DNA of 64,000 nucleotides from a bacterium (GTDB lineage Bacteria; UBA10199; 2-02-FULL-44-16; JAAZCA01): NCBI GenBank assembly GCA_041648665.1, contig JBAZOP010000004.1, positions 12,875 to 76,874 of the forward strand, read 5' to 3'. Shown piece by piece: positions 59,431 to 64,000 of this stretch (position 1 is its first letter; each line of letters starts with the position of its first letter). The notes under the pieces were generated by a model. It saw only the letters and a program-made list of their open reading frames with translations, ran no database searches and was not told where the DNA came from. The position numbers and the translations under genes were made by a program.

Positions 59431-59641
59431 GGAGACCCAGTGATGTCTGATCCAGATCAGCGCGTGGACCGTCCAGTCCTTGAATTCGTCGTGAGGCTTG
59501 TTCTTTCCCCTGGGGAGTCTCTTGTAGGTTGCGATGGCGCACCTCCGCGGTCTCTGTTTTTGACATCGGGCGACTACCAGAGGGGGTGCGCGATGTCAAT
59601 GCGATCGGCCGATGCCGGATTACGGCGGCGTCCGCCCGGCG

Positions 59642-60466
59642 CTACGCCTGCGCTTTCGATCCGTTTCGCCGGTGAAACAAGCGGCGCGCCTGCATGGCCG
59701 CGACTATCTCCGCCGAGAAGAGCATGAGCGCGGAGAGGTAGAATATCCAGACCACGAAGAGAACGACGGCGGCAAGCGAGCCGTACACGACGTTATAGCG
59801 CTGCATCGAGAAGGCGAGATACGCGGTGAAAAGCCACTTCGCCGCGCCGATGCCCATCGAGAAGAAGGCCCCGCCGACCACCGCGTACCGTATGAAGACC
59901 TTCTGGTTGGGGACCACGACCACCATCATGAGATAGGCGAGGAACGAGACCAGGAAAAAATACACCCTCCCGTTCATCATCCCGGAGAGCGGGATCGCGA
60001 AACCGTATCGCTCGAGCAGTCCCGCGAGGACCCGGAGCATCGTGGGCAGCGAGAAAAGGAGCGTGACCCAGAAGATCAGCGCGATGGCGAGCAGGCGCGA
60101 ATGGAAGAAGTTGCGCCTGTTCGCGGTCTTGAAGATCGCGTCCAGCGCGAGCTCTATCGAGCTCACGAGTATCGTGGAGATGAAGACCAGCGCGAAGATC
60201 GAGAAGATGCCGAGCGAGGCGCGCTGGTCCAGGACGGACTGGAGGTTGGCCACGAAGAGCTCCTTGCCGACCGGGAGCACGTCCGCAGCCACCTCCACTA
60301 TGCGCTGAAGCGCCTCCTGCGAGGCACCCAGGAAATAGCCGGCGATGGAGACCATGAACATGCCGATCGGTATGACGGCGAGGAGCGCGCAGAAGGATAT
60401 GCTCTCAGCCATCAGCAGGCAGCGGTCCTGGATAAAGGATTTTATGACGCTGAATATGAATCTCAT
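59642..60466 (-). CDS. YihY/BrkB-family membrane protein
   Basis: The N-terminus is FIQDRCLLMAESISFCALLAVIP, as in the YihY family. 274 aa and polytopic. Confidence 0.8.
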   Translation of the reverse strand: MRFIFSVIKSFIQDRCLLMAESISFCALLAVIPIGMFMVSIAGYFLGASQEALQRIVEVAADVLPVGKELFVANLQSVLDQRASLGIFSIFALVFISTILVSSIELALDAIFKTANRRNFFHSRLLAIALIFWVTLLFSLPTMLRVLAGLLERYGFAIPLSGMMNGRVYFFLVSFLAYLMMVVVVPNQKVFIRYAVVGGAFFSMGIGAAKWLFTAYLAFSMQRYNVVYGSLAAVVLFVVWIFYLSALMLFSAEIVAAMQARRLFHRRNGSKAQA

Positions 60467-60476
60467 CCTGCGCCTT

Positions 60477-61778
60477 TCACTTCCTCTTCATCACGATCCG
60501 AACAGGGATACCCTTCACGCCCAGGGCCTCCTTGAGTTTGTTGATGATGTAGCGCCTGTACGTGTAAGGGACGGCGGCCGGATAATTCGAAAAGAGCGCG
60601 AACGTGGGCGGTTTCACGCCCACCTGAGTCCCGTAGTATATCTTGACCTGCTTCCCCTTGTGCACCGGCATGTGGTGAGCGGCCAGCGCCTCCTCGATCA
60701 CCCTGTTGAGCGCCGAGGTCGAGATCTTCGTCGACAGGGCCTTCTCGATGCCCGAGATCTGCTTGAATATCTTGAGGCAGTTGTAGCCGGTCTTCGCCGA
60801 TATCGGGAGGGTCGCCACCTCGCCCTGCTGCCCCAGGGCGTCGGCCAGATTCTGCTGGTACTCCTCCACTCCCGTCTTCACCTCATCCCATTTATTGATG
60901 AGCAGCACAACCCCCTTGCCCTCCTCGGCTATGAATCCCATGAGGTGGGCGTCCTGCCTCGTGAATCCCTCCCTCCCGTCGATGAGCTGGAGCACGACGT
61001 CGGCCCTGTCTATGGTGCGAAGGCTCCGCATGGCGGTGAACTTCTCGACCCGCTCCGCCAGGCCCCAGCGGCGACTCACGCCCGCCGTGTCGATGAAGAC
61101 GTATTTCTTCCCGTCGAATTCCACCTCCACGTCTATGGCGTCGCGCGTGGTCCCGGCCTTCTCGTGGACCACCACCCTGGGCTCGCCCGCGAGCCTGTTG
61201 ACCAGCGTGGACTTGCCCACGTTCGGCCTGCCCACGACCGCGATCTTGAGCCCCGGGGCGGCCTCATCGGACGGCGCCCCCTCGTGAGGCAGTCTTCGGA
61301 AGAGCTCGTCCAGGATATCGTCCACCCCCCTGCCGTGTTCCGATGAGACCGGGAAGAGATCGCCCGCCCCGAGCTCGTGGTACTGCGCGAGCATCGACTC
61401 GTGCGACGCCTCGTCGATCTTGTTGATCGCGAAGAGCACCGGCTTTTTCACGGAGCGGAGCTTATTCACTATCTCGTGATCGTCGGAGGTCGGCGGATGC
61501 TGGCCGTCGAAGAGGCATATCACCGCGTCCGCCTCCTCTATCGCGTGCAGGCTCTGTTTGGAGATCTCGTGCTCGAGGTCGGCGGCAGGATCGAGGTCCA
61601 GCCCTCCCGTGTCGACGGCGATGTACTCCCGGCCGAGCCACTCCGCGTCAGCGTAGTGGCGGTCGCGCGTGATGCCGGGCTCATCGGCAACGATCGCCCT
61701 GGTCGCGCCGACCAGGCGGTTGAAGAACCTCGACTTGCCCACGTTCGGCCGGCCGACTATGGCGACTATAGGTTTCAT
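60477..61778 (-). CDS. der: ribosome-biogenesis GTPase Der (EngA)
   Basis: Two tandem G domains (GRPNVGKS twice, DTGG/DTAG, NKID/NKWD) and a KH-like C-terminus. Confidence 0.95.
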   Translation of the reverse strand: MKPIVAIVGRPNVGKSRFFNRLVGATRAIVADEPGITRDRHYADAEWLGREYIAVDTGGLDLDPAADLEHEISKQSLHAIEEADAVICLFDGQHPPTSDDHEIVNKLRSVKKPVLFAINKIDEASHESMLAQYHELGAGDLFPVSSEHGRGVDDILDELFRRLPHEGAPSDEAAPGLKIAVVGRPNVGKSTLVNRLAGEPRVVVHEKAGTTRDAIDVEVEFDGKKYVFIDTAGVSRRWGLAERVEKFTAMRSLRTIDRADVVLQLIDGREGFTRQDAHLMGFIAEEGKGVVLLINKWDEVKTGVEEYQQNLADALGQQGEVATLPISAKTGYNCLKIFKQISGIEKALSTKISTSALNRVIEEALAAHHMPVHKGKQVKIYYGTQVGVKPPTFALFSNYPAAVPYTYRRYIINKLKEALGVKGIPVRIVMKRK

Positions 61779-61817
61779 TGAGGAGTGCGCCTCCCTATCA
61801 CAAAACCCGACGATCTT

Positions 61818-62591
61818 TCAAGGAGTTTGGCGTCTCACCCCTATGCGGCCCAAAAGCCTCAGGAGCCCGTCGAGCGTGGTCATGGGATGAGGCGGACAGC
61901 CTGGGATGTAGAGATCCACGGGCAGGAGGGAGGCTACGCCGTCGGAGGCCTCGGGATGCCCTGAATACGGGCCTCCGGATATCGCGCACGCGCCGGAGGC
62001 GATGACGATCTTCGGCGCGGGGACCGCCTCATAGCTCTTCTCGAGCGCAAGCCTCATGTTCTTCGTGACCGGACCTGTGACGAGCAGTCCGTCCGCATGG
62101 CGAGGCGAGGCGACGAACTGGATGCCGAACCGTCCCATGTCGTATGCCAGAGTACCCAGGACGTTCAGATCCGCCTCGCACGCGTTGCATCCGCCGGCGC
62201 TCACCTGCCTGAGGCGCAGCGACCTCTTGAAGAGACGCCTCATCTCATGCTTCAGCGCCTCGACCTTCGGGGCCTCGTCCGTGAAGAGCAATGACGGGCG
62301 ATCCGTGGCCGCCAGCCGATACTCCTGCGTAAAGACTATGGCCCCGTTCGGGCAGGAGCGCGAGCACTCCCCGCAGAAGAGGCATCGGCCCAGATCGATC
62401 CGCGGGCCGCCCTCCCCAATCGAGAGCGCGCCGACCGGACATGTCCGCTCGCATCCGGCGCATCCCTTCTGACAGCGCGACGCATCTATGCGCGGCAGGC
62501 CGCGAAACCTGTCGGGCATCGCGGGCTCCTGCCTGGGATACGGCATCGTGCGATAGCCCTGTCTGATCCTCGATCGGATGATATCGAACAT
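61818..62591 (-). CDS. fused 2x[4Fe-4S] ferredoxin / NuoB-HycG-like small subunit of a group-4-hydrogenase-related complex
   Basis: The N-terminus has [13 protein letters not shown] and [12 protein letters not shown]. The C-terminal NuoB-like part has [15 protein letters not shown] and GCPP motifs. Confidence 0.8.
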   Translation of the reverse strand: MFDIIRSRIRQGYRTMPYPRQEPAMPDRFRGLPRIDASRCQKGCAGCERTCPVGALSIGEGGPRIDLGRCLFCGECSRSCPNGAIVFTQEYRLAATDRPSLLFTDEAPKVEALKHEMRRLFKRSLRLRQVSAGGCNACEADLNVLGTLAYDMGRFGIQFVASPRHADGLLVTGPVTKNMRLALEKSYEAVPAPKIVIASGACAISGGPYSGHPEASDGVASLLPVDLYIPGCPPHPMTTLDGLLRLLGRIGVRRQTP

Positions 62592-62598
62592 ATGCGCC

Positions 62599-64000
62599 TC
62601 AGAGATCGTGACCGCAGTACGACAGATTGAAGCTCTTGTTGCAGAGCGGGAAGTCTGAAATCTCTCCGCCCCTCATCGCCATCGCCAGCCCCGCCCAATT
62701 ATGGAACGACGGATCGATCACCTTGTACGTCGAAAAACGCCCTGCCTTGTCCGTGGCCGCGACGTGGCAGATCTCGCCGCGCCACCCCTCCACGAGCGAG
62801 ACGACAAGCCTCCTCGGGGAGAGCGGCCCCTCTTCGGCGCGGATCAGGCCTCCGGCGAGCGCCGTCGCCTGCTCCCTGACAAAGGCGGCTGAGCGCATGA
62901 CCTCCAGCCAGCGGACGAACGCCCGCGCGAACACGTCGCCTGAGCTCATGCTCGACACAGGGATACGGAAGAACCGATAGATGCCGGAGGGGTAATCCTG
63001 GCGCACGTCGCGCTCGACCCCGCCGGCGCGCGCCGCAGGCCCCACGAGGCCGAGCGCGTCGCTCGATGAGCGCGAGACGGTCCCGGTTTCCTCGAAACGC
63101 GCGAGCACCGACGGCGTCTCCCAGAGCAGCTCCACAGCAGACGTGAGATCCGACATGATCCTGTCGAGGCGCGCGAGCATCTCGTAGATGCGCGCGTCAT
63201 CCAGATCGAAGAGCACGCCGCCCGGCCGGATGAGACCGCGGCCGAATCGGCTTCCGCAGAGCAGAGCGGTGAGGTTGAGCAGATCGCCGCGCAGCCGGCC
63301 GCAATACGCGGACGTGGGCAAGAACCCGACGTCACCGCCGAGCGCGCCCAGATCGCCCGCATGGTTGGCCATGCGCTCCAGCTCCAGGGCGATGCCGCGA
63401 ATCCCCTGCGCGCGCGGCGGGGCACCCCTCTTCGAGAGCGACTCCACGGCATGGCAGAAGGCGAGCGCGTGTCCCGCGGTCGTATCGCCCGCCGCGGTCT
63501 CCATCAGATGAATCGTCCGCGGGTTCGGAGCGCCGACGAGCGCGCGCTCGACGCCGCGGTGCTGGTAGCCAAGCGCGATCTCCAGGTGCATCACCTCTTC
63601 GCCGTTGCACTGGAACCGGAAGTGCCCCGGCTCGATCACGCCGGCGTGCACCGGACCCACGGCGACCTCGTGCACCTGCGGGCCCTCCACGCGGAAGAAG
63701 TCGCCGATCGCCGGGAATTCGCTATGCGCAAACCTCACCGGTTTGAGCCACGGGTGCCCGATCGGCAGCACTCCGAAGCGCTCCGCTATCTCCCTCTCGA
63801 AGAGGTGCGCCTGCGGACAGCCCGGAGTGAGGGAAGGATAAGAGCCGCTCACCTGCGAAGAGAGGATCGAGAGACGGCCCTCTGCATCGTCCCCGACCAC
63901 GGCGACCAGTTCGAGCGCGTTTTCCTTGATAGGAACACCGAAGAGCGCGCACAGCCTTCCGCCGGAGATTACCGCCTCGGCGACTTCGTCGCGAAACGAA
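62599..64000 (-). CDS. HycE/NuoD-family large subunit of a group-4-hydrogenase-related complex, lacking the canonical NiFe Cys ligands (5' end lies outside the window)
   Basis: Contains GPVHAGVIEPGHFRF and LGYQHRGVE motifs. The frame is open to base 64000 (...RLCALFGVPIKENALELVAVVGDD...). The expected RxCGxC motif reads ETAAGDTTAGH and the expected C-terminal DPCxxC reads NLSYCG. Confidence 0.8.
   Translation of the reverse strand, partial: SFRDEVAEAVISGGRLCALFGVPIKENALELVAVVGDDAEGRLSILSSQVSGSYPSLTPGCPQAHLFEREIAERFGVLPIGHPWLKPVRFAHSEFPAIGDFFRVEGPQVHEVAVGPVHAGVIEPGHFRFQCNGEEVMHLEIALGYQHRGVERALVGAPNPRTIHLMETAAGDTTAGHALAFCHAVESLSKRGAPPRAQGIRGIALELERMANHAGDLGALGGDVGFLPTSAYCGRLRGDLLNLTALLCGSRFGRGLIRPGGVLFDLDDARIYEMLARLDRIMSDLTSAVELLWETPSVLARFEETGTVSRSSSDALGLVGPAARAGGVERDVRQDYPSGIYRFFRIPVSSMSSGDVFARAFVRWLEVMRSAAFVREQATALAGGLIRAEEGPLSPRRLVVSLVEGWRGEICHVAATDKAGRFSTYKVIDPSFHNWAGLAMAMRGGEISDFPLCNKSFNLSYCGHDL

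Overview
This 64-kb window comes from a high-GC diderm bacterium, as shown by OmpA-family, BamB-like, DsbD and YfgM-like genes. I cannot assign the taxon from sequence alone. Most of the window is housekeeping. It starts with a purine-catabolism block (1-8.3 kb): guanine deaminase, XdhC, a MocA-like transferase, a three-subunit molybdenum hydroxylase, and the tail of a second 2Fe-2S subunit. Next is an envelope-modification-like cluster (8.3-12.7 kb): methyltransferase, B12-radical SAM, GT-C-like membrane protein and a receiver domain. The remaining core genes are pgsA, nadB, dnaJ, a frameshifted dnaK, rluB, scpBA, trpS, an M50 protease, xerD, trmB, folE, dsbD, a DAC-domain protein, lipB, hflX, dnaE, guaA, guaB, an OmpA-family protein, bamB-like, yfgM-like, yihY and der. 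The right edge carries a group-4-hydrogenase-like module whose large subunit lacks the NiFe cysteines. There are two accessory regions. (1) An island of about 8.4 kb lies between two convergent tRNA-Gly genes (12.9-21.5 kb). It has a translationally coupled regulator / P-loop ATPase / excisionase / integrase operon. It also has a visibly AT-richer cargo: an XRE / small membrane protein / 227-aa orphan cassette, a serine recombinase behind a palindrome-controlled divergent promoter, a Rap1a/Tai4-like orphan immunity gene, and an HGGxSTG pair. (2) A region at 38-42.8 kb holds a RAYT-like Y1 transposase flanked by inverted REP-like repeats, a 149-bp near-perfect long inverted repeat, and a co-directional trio. 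The trio is a cysteine-rich lipoprotein with a secreted-PLA2-type CCxxHDxC motif, a small membrane protein and an N-terminally extended sigma factor. I consider the PLA2-like/sigma trio and the AT-rich island cargo the best candidates for an undescribed system. I saw no rRNA genes and no CRISPR arrays. All family assignments rest on motif recognition by eye and need HMM or structure confirmation.
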